In this document: piece after piece, positions 17,629 through 25,584 of the stretch
How positions within the stretch are numbered: position 1 is the stretch's first letter
Layout of the letters: each line of letters opens with the position of its first letter
NCBI GenBank assembly: GCA_964411275.1
Contig: CAYPKG010000001.1
Span: forward strand, 18,859 to 82,858
Length of the DNA: 64,000 bases
Reading direction: 5' to 3'
Source: an uncultured Oscillospiraceae bacterium
GTDB taxonomy: Bacteria; Bacillota; Clostridia; Christensenellales; CAG-138
Made by a program: the position numbers and the translations under genes
Notes under the pieces: generated by a model
What the model was told of the DNA's origin: nothing
Seen by the model: the letters and a program-made list of their open reading frames with translations, nothing else
Databases searched by the model: none

Positions 17629-19299
17629 ATGAAAAAGAAAATATTCCGCAGTGTTTTTCTTGCGGCAATGGTTGCCATGCTCACCACAAGCGCCCTGATC
17701 ATCGCGGTGCTGTATCGCTCCTTTCATGTACAAACAGCCGCCATCATGCGCGGGGAGGCCGAGTATATCGCCAAGGCGATAGCGATGGTTCCGGACGCCA
17801 AGGAATACCTTAACAGCTTGGGGGCATATGAAACCCGCCTCACGCTGATTGCGGCGGACGGAACGGTGCTGTTTGATACTCTCGCGGATCCCGCTAATAT
17901 GGAGAACCATCTGGACCGCCCTGAGGTGGAGAAAGCCCTTCACGTCGGCGGGGGAGAGAGCTCCCGCTATTCCAGCACGTTAAGCGAAAAAACGCTGTAT
18001 TACGCGCAGCGGCTTGCGGATGGAAGGGTACTGCGGCTTGCGAATACCCAGCGAAGCGTCCTGGGGTTATTGTACAGCATGATCACTGCGTTTGTGCTGA
18101 TACTGGTGGGGATTGGCATCTTAAGCGCGGTGATGGCTGGGCGGATGTCCGTCCGGGTGCTAAAGCCGTTAAACCATCTCAACCTTGAACAACCGCTGGA
18201 GAATCAGGTGTATGACGAGCTGTCACCGCTGCTTATTCGCATGGAACACCAGAAACGGCGCATTGCCCATCAGGTATCGGCTCTCACGGAGCAGCGGCGC
18301 GCCTTCGCCGCGGTAGCTGACAACATGCGCGAGGGCATGGTGCTTCTTGACGGCGAAAGCAATGTGCTGATGATCAACAAAAGCGCGTCCCGACTCTTTG
18401 GCGCTGACGAGTCAACTTGTCTTGGTAAAAACATTCTCGCTCTCAACCGCAGTGAAAGCCTGCAAACGTTGGTGGAAAAGGCGAAAAAGGGCGGGTACGC
18501 AGAGGAACAGTTGAGCTGGCGGGAGCGCTGTTATCAGCTGATCGCCAACCCGGTACCCGGCGGGAATGGGGAGGTGGCGGGGGCAGTGATCCTTATTCTG
18601 GACGTGACGGACAAAGAAAGCGCGGAACGGCTTCGTCGTGAGTTTAGCGCCAATGTGTCCCACGAACTCAAAACGCCGCTGACGTCCATTGCTGGCTATG
18701 CTGAAATAATGGAAAACGGCCTTGCCAAGCCCGAGGACATGCCGGCTTTTGCAGGACGCATCCATCTGGAGAGCAAGCGTCTCATTGCGCTGGTGGAGGA
18801 CATATTAAAACTGTCAAAGCTGGACGAAAAATCAGACGCCCTGAACAAGGAACAGGTGTCCCTCCTCCACGAGGTGGAGGACGCGGTTTTAAGGCTTATG
18901 CCCCTCGCCGCAGAAAAGGGGATTGCCCTTATGGCAAAAGGGGGTGCGCCGGACATTTTGGGCGTGACCCAGGTTGTCAACGAAATGCTGTATAACCTCA
19001 TCGATAACAGCATTAAGTATACCATGGCCGGCGGTACGGTACTGGTCAACCTTAGCGCAACGCCGAAGGAAGCTGTGGTCACCGTATCCGACACGGGCAT
19101 CGGTATCCCTCCGGAGTATCACGAAAAGGTGTTTGAGCGGTTTTACAGGGTGGATCAAAGCCACAACAAGAAAACAGGGGGCACGGGGCTGGGCCTGTCC
19201 ATCGTCAAGCACGGCGCTGTTCTTCACGGCGCGCGGGTAAAGATGGACAGCGCGCCTGACCGGGGGACCACCATTACCATCCGGTTTCCGCTGACATAA
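17629..19299 (+). CDS. phoR: Sensor histidine kinase, PhoR-type by context
   Basis: Two TM segments, a PAS-like region, an H-box (FSANVSHELKTPLTSI), and N/G boxes (DNSIKYT, DTGIGIP, GGTGLGLSIV). The track start at 17509 was rejected. Confidence 0.8.
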   Translation: MKKKIFRSVFLAAMVAMLTTSALIIAVLYRSFHVQTAAIMRGEAEYIAKAIAMVPDAKEYLNSLGAYETRLTLIAADGTVLFDTLADPANMENHLDRPEVEKALHVGGGESSRYSSTLSEKTLYYAQRLADGRVLRLANTQRSVLGLLYSMITAFVLILVGIGILSAVMAGRMSVRVLKPLNHLNLEQPLENQVYDELSPLLIRMEHQKRRIAHQVSALTEQRRAFAAVADNMREGMVLLDGESNVLMINKSASRLFGADESTCLGKNILALNRSESLQTLVEKAKKGGYAEEQLSWRERCYQLIANPVPGGNGEVAGAVILILDVTDKESAERLRREFSANVSHELKTPLTSIAGYAEIMENGLAKPEDMPAFAGRIHLESKRLIALVEDILKLSKLDEKSDALNKEQVSLLHEVEDAVLRLMPLAAEKGIALMAKGGAPDILGVTQVVNEMLYNLIDNSIKYTMAGGTVLVNLSATPKEAVVTVSDTGIGIPPEYHEKVFERFYRVDQSHNKKTGGTGLGLSIVKHGAVLHGARVKMDSAPDRGTTITIRFPLT

Positions 19300-19306
19300 C
19301 CTTGCA

Positions 19307-19350
19307 ATAAAAAAGCCCGGTCTGGATCAAACCAAACCGGGCTCATTTTC
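19307..19350. terminator. Bidirectional terminator between phoR (+) and rpmB (-)
   Basis: AGCCCGGT (19314-19321) / ACCGGGCT (19336-19343), flanked by an A-run and a T-run. Confidence 0.7.
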
Positions 19351-19375
19351 GTGTATGCGTCCGCTTATGGGGCGG

Positions 19376-19567
19376 TTAGACGCTGCGGACGACCTTGCCG
19401 GAACGGAGGCAACGGGTGCAAACATCCATTTTCTTCGGCGTGCCGTTTACGACCACGTGTACACGCTGGATGTTGGGCGCCCAAGATCGCTTGGTCTTGT
19501 GGTGGGAATGGCTCACCAAATTCCCGGACATGGTGCCCTTCTTGCAGACTTCGCAGTACTTACCCAT
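19376..19567 (-). CDS. rpmB: 50S ribosomal protein L28
   Basis: MGKYCEVCKKGTMSGNLVSHSHHKTKRSWAPNIQRV... is a typical L28. Confidence 0.95.
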   Translation of the reverse strand: MGKYCEVCKKGTMSGNLVSHSHHKTKRSWAPNIQRVHVVVNGTPKKMDVCTRCLRSGKVVRSV

Positions 19568-19658
19568 CCTTAAAACACCTCCTTACAGCTAACGGCAGAA
19601 AATCAAACATATGCATTCTACCACGCACAGAGGTGTTTTGCAAGCATTAAATTTTATT

Positions 19659-19877
19659 CTAGCAATGGTTCAACCATAGCCACGCGGCCACGGCCAGGGC
19701 TACAAGGCACATGAGAACCATACACCACAACGGGCAGCACAGAAGCAGGATCAACAAAACAAACGACCCAAGGCCGAGAAAGCAGGGGAGCACCGGCTTG
19801 GCCGTCCTGAGCCGCCGCCGGGTGCAGGGGTATGTGCGCACATTGCGGTGGCATGTCTTGGAGCGGGAGTGATGCAT
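19659..19877 (-). CDS. Small Cys-rich membrane protein (72 aa), hypothetical
   Basis: AAGGAGAG lies 6 nt upstream of the ATG (MHHSRSKTCHRN...). A basic N-terminus is followed by about 45 hydrophobic residues (LPCFLGLGSFVLLILLLCCPLWCMVLMCLVALAVAAWLWL). The overlapping 82-aa frame looks like GC noise. Confidence 0.45.
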   Translation of the reverse strand: MHHSRSKTCHRNVRTYPCTRRRLRTAKPVLPCFLGLGSFVLLILLLCCPLWCMVLMCLVALAVAAWLWLNHC

Positions 19878-20016
19878 CGCTGGCTCTCCTTTCACGGCCC
19901 AAAAGACCGGGTTTCTTTCAATATATGCGTCCCTGCATTATAATGTGCGCTTCTCACCTTAATGGGCGAATTCGAATACCCTATTTATAGAATACTTCAT
20001 GTATTGGAGGCAGGAT

Positions 20017-20793
20017 ATGAACGCAATTGTTGTCGAATTCGATCACGTTTGCCTGACCTATCACGAACCGCATGCGGAAACGCTGGCAATAGATGACTTA
20101 TGTATGGAGATCCGCCAAGGGGAATTTGTGGCCGTTGTCGGCCCTTCAGGTTGTGGAAAGACATCGATGCTAAGCCTTCTAGCGGGGCTGATAAAGCCCT
20201 CCGCCGGGACGGTGAAGATATTGGGGGAGCCCGTAAAGGGCCCTGGGCAAAACGTAGGCTATATGCTCCAGCGGGATCATTTGCTGGACTGGCGCACCAT
20301 TGAGGGGAATGTGCTCTTAGGGCTGGAGGTTAAGCGCATGCTGAACGAGGAAACAAAAAGACATACCCTTGATTTGGTGTCAACCTATGGATTATCGGAA
20401 TTTATCGACCATTATCCCCGGCAGCTTTCGGGGGGCATGCGCCAGAAGGTGGCATTGATCCGCACGCTGGCATTTGATCCGGATTTGCTGTTGTTGGACG
20501 AACCTTTTTCCGCCCTTGATTATCAGACGCGGCTTAGGGCCTCGGACGAAATCCACGGAATAATCAAGAAGGAGAATAAAACCGCCGTACTTGTCACCCA
20601 TGACATTGCGGAGGCCATTTCTATGGCCGACCGGATACTGGTGTTTTCCGCCCGTCCAGCCCGGGTGAAATGCGAGCATGTGATCACCCTTACCGCGCCG
20701 GAGGGCAACCCCATTTCCAGGCGCAACGCACCGGAGTTTCACGGGTATTTCGACGAGATTTGGAAGGAGCTGGATACATATGAAGAAACATGA
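20017..20793 (+). CDS. ABC transporter ATP-binding protein (NitT/TauT, SsuB-like family)
   Basis: GPSGCGKTS, LSGGMRQKVALIRTLA, LLLLDEPFSALD; RBS GGAGG before MNAIVVEF. Confidence 0.85.
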   Translation: MNAIVVEFDHVCLTYHEPHAETLAIDDLCMEIRQGEFVAVVGPSGCGKTSMLSLLAGLIKPSAGTVKILGEPVKGPGQNVGYMLQRDHLLDWRTIEGNVLLGLEVKRMLNEETKRHTLDLVSTYGLSEFIDHYPRQLSGGMRQKVALIRTLAFDPDLLLLDEPFSALDYQTRLRASDEIHGIIKKENKTAVLVTHDIAEAISMADRILVFSARPARVKCEHVITLTAPEGNPISRRNAPEFHGYFDEIWKELDTYEET

Positions 20794-21601
20794 GATTTCA
20801 GGGTCGCTGGAGCATCAGAAATATATTAAGGGACTGAAAAGAAAAGACCGGTTTGTTTCCGCCATGCAGTACGCGCTGCTGGTGTTCTTTATCATTCTTT
20901 GGGAGGTGGCGGCGAGATACGGCTGGATCGACGCGTTTATCACAAGCAGCCCCAGCCGGTTTCTAAAAACAATCCTGAACCTGTACCGGGACGGGACGCT
21001 GTTTATGCACATATTTGTGACGCTTTATGAAACCGTGGTTAGCTTCCTATTAGGAACCCTTTTGGGAACCGCGGTGGCGGTGCTGCTGTGGTGGAGCGGA
21101 ACGCTGTGTAAAATACTCGACCCCTATCTGGTGGTGTTGAACGCGCTGCCGAAAATCGCCCTGGGGCCAATATTGATCGTATGGATTGGCACGTCCAGCA
21201 AATCCATCATCGCCATGGGGCTCCTGGTTTCCCTGGTGGTGACAATCATGACCGTTCTAACCGGGTTTTTGGAGATCAGCGAGGAAAAACAGCTTTTGAT
21301 GCGAACGCTGGGCGCCACCAAATGGCAGATATTCTCTAAGGTGGTGCTGCCCGCGTCTGTCCCCACAGTGATCGCCGCTTTGAAAATCAGCGTCGGCATG
21401 AGCTGGGTTGGGGTAATCGTAGGCGAATACTTGACTTCCAAGGCCGGCTTGGGGTATCTGATCGTGTATGGCGGACAGGTGTTCCAGCTGGATCTGGTGA
21501 TGGCAAGCATCATCGTGCTATGCGTATTGGCAGCCCTCATGTACTATGCCGTGGCATTTTTGGAAAAACGCATCGTCCGCTGGCGCAGCAGCGGCAGTTA
21601 A
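20780..21601 (+). CDS. ABC transporter permease (SsuC/TauC-like)
   Basis: Six TM segments with an EAA-like loop (EEKQLLMRTLGATKWQIFSKVVLPASVP). Overlaps the ATPase gene. Confidence 0.85.
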   Translation: MKKHEISGSLEHQKYIKGLKRKDRFVSAMQYALLVFFIILWEVAARYGWIDAFITSSPSRFLKTILNLYRDGTLFMHIFVTLYETVVSFLLGTLLGTAVAVLLWWSGTLCKILDPYLVVLNALPKIALGPILIVWIGTSSKSIIAMGLLVSLVVTIMTVLTGFLEISEEKQLLMRTLGATKWQIFSKVVLPASVPTVIAALKISVGMSWVGVIVGEYLTSKAGLGYLIVYGGQVFQLDLVMASIIVLCVLAALMYYAVAFLEKRIVRWRSSGS

Positions 21602-21625
21602 AACGCGCAAAGACAAAAGATATGG

Positions 21626-21653
21626 AAAAAACGGGCGATTTCGCCCGTTTTTC
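21626..21653 (+). terminator. Rho-independent terminator
   Basis: AACGGGCGA / TCGCCCGTT stem (21630-21649) followed by TTTTT. Confidence 0.8.
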
Positions 21654-21655
21654 CC

Positions 21656-21684
21656 TTGACAGTGGGGATTTGCTTTGTTACAAT
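21656..21684 (+). promoter_or_regulatory. Sigma-A promoter of rplM-rpsI
   Basis: TTGACA (21656-21661), a 17-nt spacer, then TACAAT (21679-21684). Confidence 0.65.
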
Positions 21685-21786
21685 GATCCTTGTGTGTTCG
21701 ATATGATTGGTGCAGTGCGGCCACTAGCCCCGGAAGCCTGCGTACAAGCATAAACGACGAAATTTACTACCAATTGGAGGAACGCC
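21685..21786 (+). promoter_or_regulatory. 5' leader of rplM (in the position of the Firmicute L13 leader)
   Basis: About 100-nt leader with GC-rich pairing potential (GCGGCCACTAGCCCCGGAAGCCTGC). Family assignment is by position only. Confidence 0.3.
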
Positions 21787-22218
21787 ATGAAAACCTATAT
21801 GGCAAAAGGCGAAACTGTCCAACGGAATTGGTATGTGGTCGATGCGGAAGATCTGGTTCTTGGCCGGATGTCTTCCCGGGTGGCCGCCATCCTCCGTGGA
21901 AAGCACAAGCCCATATACACCCCCCATGTAGATACCGGGGATCATGTGATCATCATCAATGCCGCGAAGGTCGTACTGACCGGCAAGAAACTGGACCAGA
22001 AAATCTATTATCGTCACACCGGTTATCCCGGCGGCTTAAAGGAGACCTCGTATCGTACGCTCATGAGCACCAAGCCGGAATTTGCTGTGTATGAAAGCAT
22101 TCGCCGCATGATGCCGAAGGGCCCCTTGGGCCGCCAGATGCTCAAAAAGCTGCGTGTTTACGCTGGCCCCGAGCATGAAAACGCAGCCCAGAAGCCCCAG
22201 CCGCTCGTGCTGAAGTAA
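21787..22218 (+). CDS. rplM: 50S ribosomal protein L13
   Basis: [52 protein letters not shown]... Confidence 0.95.
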   Translation: MKTYMAKGETVQRNWYVVDAEDLVLGRMSSRVAAILRGKHKPIYTPHVDTGDHVIIINAAKVVLTGKKLDQKIYYRHTGYPGGLKETSYRTLMSTKPEFAVYESIRRMMPKGPLGRQMLKKLRVYAGPEHENAAQKPQPLVLK

Positions 22219-22240
22219 TAATAGGGAAGGAGAAACGCAA

Positions 22241-22633
22241 ATGGCACAAACGCAATATCTTGGCACCGGAAGGCGCAAAAAGTCCATCGCCCGCGTTCGC
22301 TTGCTTCCCGGCAGCGGCACCATCACCGTGAATAAGCGGGATGTGGAGGAGTACTTTGGACTGGAAACACTCAAGATGATCGTGCGCGCACCTCTGGTGC
22401 TGACCGACAATCTTGGCAAGTTTGACGTGAAGGTCAATGTCTATGGCGGCGGTATCAGCGGCCAGGCAGGCGCCATCCGTCATGGCATCTCCCGCGCGCT
22501 GCTCGTCGCTAATCCTGAGCTTAGGCCCGCCCTCAAAAAGGCCGGCTTCCTCACCCGCGACCCGCGCATGAAGGAGCGTAAGAAGTACGGCCTGAAGGCC
22601 GCACGCCGCGCGCCCCAGTTCTCCAAGCGTTAA
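22241..22633 (+). CDS. rpsI: 30S ribosomal protein S9
   Basis: ...[19 protein letters not shown]...[25 protein letters not shown]. Confidence 0.95.
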   Translation: MAQTQYLGTGRRKKSIARVRLLPGSGTITVNKRDVEEYFGLETLKMIVRAPLVLTDNLGKFDVKVNVYGGGISGQAGAIRHGISRALLVANPELRPALKKAGFLTRDPRMKERKKYGLKAARRAPQFSKR

Positions 22634-22648
22634 TTCGCCAATGGATGC

Positions 22649-22676
22649 AAAGCTCCGGGAAATCCCGGAGCTTTTA
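22649..22676 (+). terminator. Rho-independent terminator after rpsI
   Basis: AGCTCCGGG (22651-22659), loop AAAT, CCCGGAGCT (22664-22672), then TTTT. Confidence 0.8.
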
Positions 22677-22896
22677 TGCCATCGACAAAGCCTTGGCTTT
22701 GTCGATGGGGTCACTGCGGTGGGTTTTCCATGCAGCTGCGACCTCGGACGATTGCATCGTCTGTCGGTCTTGCCCCATGCAAGGTGTCAAAATCACCGCG
22801 CATGTCGCTGATTTTGACGGATTTTACTCCAACCACTGCATCTTTTGAAAGGGCAAAATGGCGGGGCATTTTGCCACTTACTTTGTTGGTGGTCTG
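22677..22896 (+). other. Hairpin-dense non-coding segment (candidate structured RNA or palindromic element)
   Basis: Four strong hairpins: 22679-22708 (12 bp), 22740-22769, 22786-22818 (10 bp) and 22852-22875 (9 bp). There is possible long-range pairing between 22712-22722 and 22841-22850. No ORF here has an RBS. Confidence 0.3.
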
Positions 22897-22929
22897 AAAG
22901 CTCCGGGATGTTTCCCGGAGCTTTCTTTT
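22897..22929 (+). terminator. Second terminator, with a stem identical to the one at 22649-22676
   Basis: AGCTCCGGGA (22899-22908), loop TGTT, TCCCGGAGCT (22913-22922), then TTCTTTT. Confidence 0.7.
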
Positions 22930-23031
22930 GCCTGGGCCCGGGAACATATTGAAGCGAATGGGTTCTATACGCTACTCTCATTTTGTGTTTGGCCATAGGA
23001 TATGGTACTATACTGGGCAGGAGTGATTACA

Positions 23032-23619
23032 ATGGATTGCCAAAAAATCGGGCGGCTGATCGCTGGCTTTCGCAAGGAACAGGGCTTGACGCAGCAGAAC
23101 ATGGCGGACGCCCTCAATATCAGCAACAAAACCGTGTCCAAATGGGAATGCGGCCTTGGCTGCCCCGATGTTTCCCTTTGGCCGGAGCTTTCCGTAATCC
23201 TGGGCGTGGACATGGCCCAGATGCTGGAAGGGGAGATCACGAAAAACCGTCCCGACGCCGGAAACATCGACAGGGTAAGGTTTTATGTGTGCCCCACCTG
23301 CCAAAATGTATTGACGAGCACGGGCAGCGCCTCCATATTCTGCTGCGGGCGCAAGATGGAGGCCCTCATCCCCAAAGATAACGCCCCAAGGACACAGGCT
23401 CTGTTCTCGGACGGGGAGTATTACATCACAATCGATCACGAGATGAATAGGGCGCATTACATTCTTTTCGCCGCCTTTGTCAAAAGCGACCGCGTGTACT
23501 TGCGGCGGATGTATCCCGAGCAGGACGCGGCGGTGCGTTTTCCCTTGGAGCACGGCGGAAAACTGTACCTTTACTGCGTTAGCCACGGGCTGACGGCCCA
23601 AGCTTTGGACTTGCCATAG
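23032..23619 (+). CDS. XRE-family HTH protein fused to a desulforedoxin-like Cys4 motif and a superoxide-reductase-like (desulfoferrodoxin) domain (195 aa)
   Basis: N-terminal HTH_3 (IGRLIAGFRKEQGLTQQNMADALNISNKTVSKWECG). Then FYVCPTCQNVL-x-FCCGRKM, a CxxC...CC pattern. Then IDHEMNRAHYILF...YPEQDAAVRF...YLYCVSHGL, which I align by eye to the SOR segments HPMEEKHYIEWI...KPGDAPEAEF...EYCNLHGHW. RBS GGCAGGAG. Confidence 0.7.
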   Translation: MDCQKIGRLIAGFRKEQGLTQQNMADALNISNKTVSKWECGLGCPDVSLWPELSVILGVDMAQMLEGEITKNRPDAGNIDRVRFYVCPTCQNVLTSTGSASIFCCGRKMEALIPKDNAPRTQALFSDGEYYITIDHEMNRAHYILFAAFVKSDRVYLRRMYPEQDAAVRFPLEHGGKLYLYCVSHGLTAQALDLP

Positions 23620-23732
23620 GGGCCAATTACCCGCTATAATTGTATGGATCATTATTTGCCCAGGAGGAATGCACAAGTCCAAGCAATATCATCCGGGTTT
23701 GAATTACAAGGCTTAAGCGAGAAAGGAAAGAC

Positions 23733-25130
23733 ATGATCAACCGAATGGATCCGAATTCCCAGGCGCTTTTGGAGCAGCGGCGCATTGCACACACCCTTCG
23801 TGGGGAGATTGCGCCCCGGAATTTGACATATCATATTGAAAGCTACGGTTGCCAGATGAACGCCCACGATAGCGAAAAGCTTTCCGGCATGCTGCTGAGC
23901 ATGGGCTTCGCCCCGGCGAAGGAGAAGCAAAAAGCGGACCTTATATTGTTCAACACCTGCTGTGTGCGGGATCACGCGGAAAAGCGGGTGTTTGGAAACG
24001 TGGGCGCCCTTAAAAAGCGCAAGGATGAAAATCCCGGGCTTTTGATCGGCGTATGCGGCTGCATGATGCAGCAGCAGCAGGTGGCCAAACGCTTGTATGA
24101 GCGGTTTCCCTTCGTCAATCTGGTGTTCGGCACCCACAGCCTGTACGAGCTGCCACAGCTGATGCAGAAGGCGTTAAACGGGGAACGGGCATTCTCTGTG
24201 CATGACACGGAAGGGGACGTGGTAGAGGGGCTGCCTGTGCAGCGCGCCCCCGGCGTCAGCGCCAGCGTGACCATCATGTATGGCTGCAACAATTTCTGTT
24301 CCTATTGTATCGTGCCCTATGTACGCGGGCGGGAGAGATCCCGGGCGCCGGAACAGATCATAGAGGAGATTAGCGGGCTTGTTGCGGCGGGCTACAGCGA
24401 GATAACGCTCCTTGGGCAAAACGTGAATTCCTATGGAAAGGATATTCCAGGCTGCACGTTTGCCGGGCTATTAAAGCGGGTAAACGATGTGGAGGGGGTG
24501 GAGCGCATCCGCTTTATGACTTCACATCCCAAGGATTTAAGCGGCGAGCTCATCGACGCCATGGCGTCCCTGCCCAAGGTCTGCCACCACATTCATTTGC
24601 CCATCCAGTCGGGAAGCGACCGGGTATTAAAGGAAATGAACCGGGTGTATACCACAAAGGATTATCTCACGCTTGTGGACAAGCTTCGCGCCCGGGTACC
24701 GGATGTGGAGCTGACCACAGATGTGATCGTGGGCTTTCCGGGGGAAACCGAAGCTGATTTTCAGGAAACACTCAATCTCATGGAGAGGGTGGGCTTCGCG
24801 GCGGCGTTCACGTTTATGTATTCGCCCCGGGCGGGGACAAAGGCAGCCGGCATGCCTGAGCAGTTGTCGGATGAGGAAAAGAAATCCCGGCTTCTTCGCC
24901 TCAACGCCCTCCAGGAGCAGCAGACCCGGCTGAACAATGAAAAATACATCGGCCGCCGGGGCTGTGTGCTGGTGGAAGGCTTTGACGAGCGGGAGACGCC
25001 CTTATGCTATGGCAAGCTTGGGAGCTTCAAGATGGTGTATTTCCCGGGAACCATCGACATGATCGGCACGTATCGCGAGGTTTTGGTCGAAAACACGCAG
25101 AAAAACTCGCTGATCGGAAGATTGGTATAA
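23733..25130 (+). CDS. miaB: tRNA-i6A37 methylthiotransferase
   Basis: UPF0004 N-domain (ESYGCQMNAHDSEK), radical-SAM CNNFCSYCIVP, C-terminal TRAM domain. Confidence 0.9.
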   Translation: MINRMDPNSQALLEQRRIAHTLRGEIAPRNLTYHIESYGCQMNAHDSEKLSGMLLSMGFAPAKEKQKADLILFNTCCVRDHAEKRVFGNVGALKKRKDENPGLLIGVCGCMMQQQQVAKRLYERFPFVNLVFGTHSLYELPQLMQKALNGERAFSVHDTEGDVVEGLPVQRAPGVSASVTIMYGCNNFCSYCIVPYVRGRERSRAPEQIIEEISGLVAAGYSEITLLGQNVNSYGKDIPGCTFAGLLKRVNDVEGVERIRFMTSHPKDLSGELIDAMASLPKVCHHIHLPIQSGSDRVLKEMNRVYTTKDYLTLVDKLRARVPDVELTTDVIVGFPGETEADFQETLNLMERVGFAAAFTFMYSPRAGTKAAGMPEQLSDEEKKSRLLRLNALQEQQTRLNNEKYIGRRGCVLVEGFDERETPLCYGKLGSFKMVYFPGTIDMIGTYREVLVENTQKNSLIGRLV

Positions 25131-25150
25131 AACATACGGAGGTATAGAAA

Positions 25151-25543
25151 GTGATTTTAGAAAAAGCAAGGGCTCTTGGCGTGGCATTGAGCGAAAGCGA
25201 AGAATTCAGCCATATGGCGTCGGCCCGGGCCGCGCTGGAGGAAAACGAGGCGGTCAGCGCCATGCTTTCAGAATACCAGCAAAAGCAGGAGCAGATTATA
25301 GAGCTCTTATCCGCGGACGAAATGGACAGGCAAATGGTGGCCACCCTTTCTTCGGATGTGGAGGTGTTGCAGGGGCAGCTGATGGAAAACCCGCTGTTTA
25401 TGGAGGCGATAGAAGCGCAAAACACGTTTCAACAGCTGATGACGAATGTGAATAGGGAAATCGGCGTCTGCATCGGCGTAATGCCCCATGAGCATGCGGA
25501 TGGCTGTTCCCACGACTGCGGCTCTTGCGGCGGCTGCCACTGA
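25151..25543 (+). CDS. YlbF/YmcA-family protein with a Cys/His-rich C-terminal tail
   Basis: GTG start. A helical YlbF-like body (ARALGVALSESEEF...MLSEYQQKQE...) ends in HEHADGCSHDCGSCGGCH. Confidence 0.7.
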   Translation: MILEKARALGVALSESEEFSHMASARAALEENEAVSAMLSEYQQKQEQIIELLSADEMDRQMVATLSSDVEVLQGQLMENPLFMEAIEAQNTFQQLMTNVNREIGVCIGVMPHEHADGCSHDCGSCGGCH

Positions 25544-25584
25544 ACCGAGTTTTTCATAATAAGCGTTAGAGAGGGGAACCGCTT

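Noticed and set aside
22645-22897. 67-aa and 73-aa + strand ORFs and a 78-aa minus-strand ORF in the rpsI-downstream spacer
   Set aside because: None has an RBS. They span perfect hairpins and terminators, and no domain is recognisable. The region is treated as non-coding structured sequence instead.
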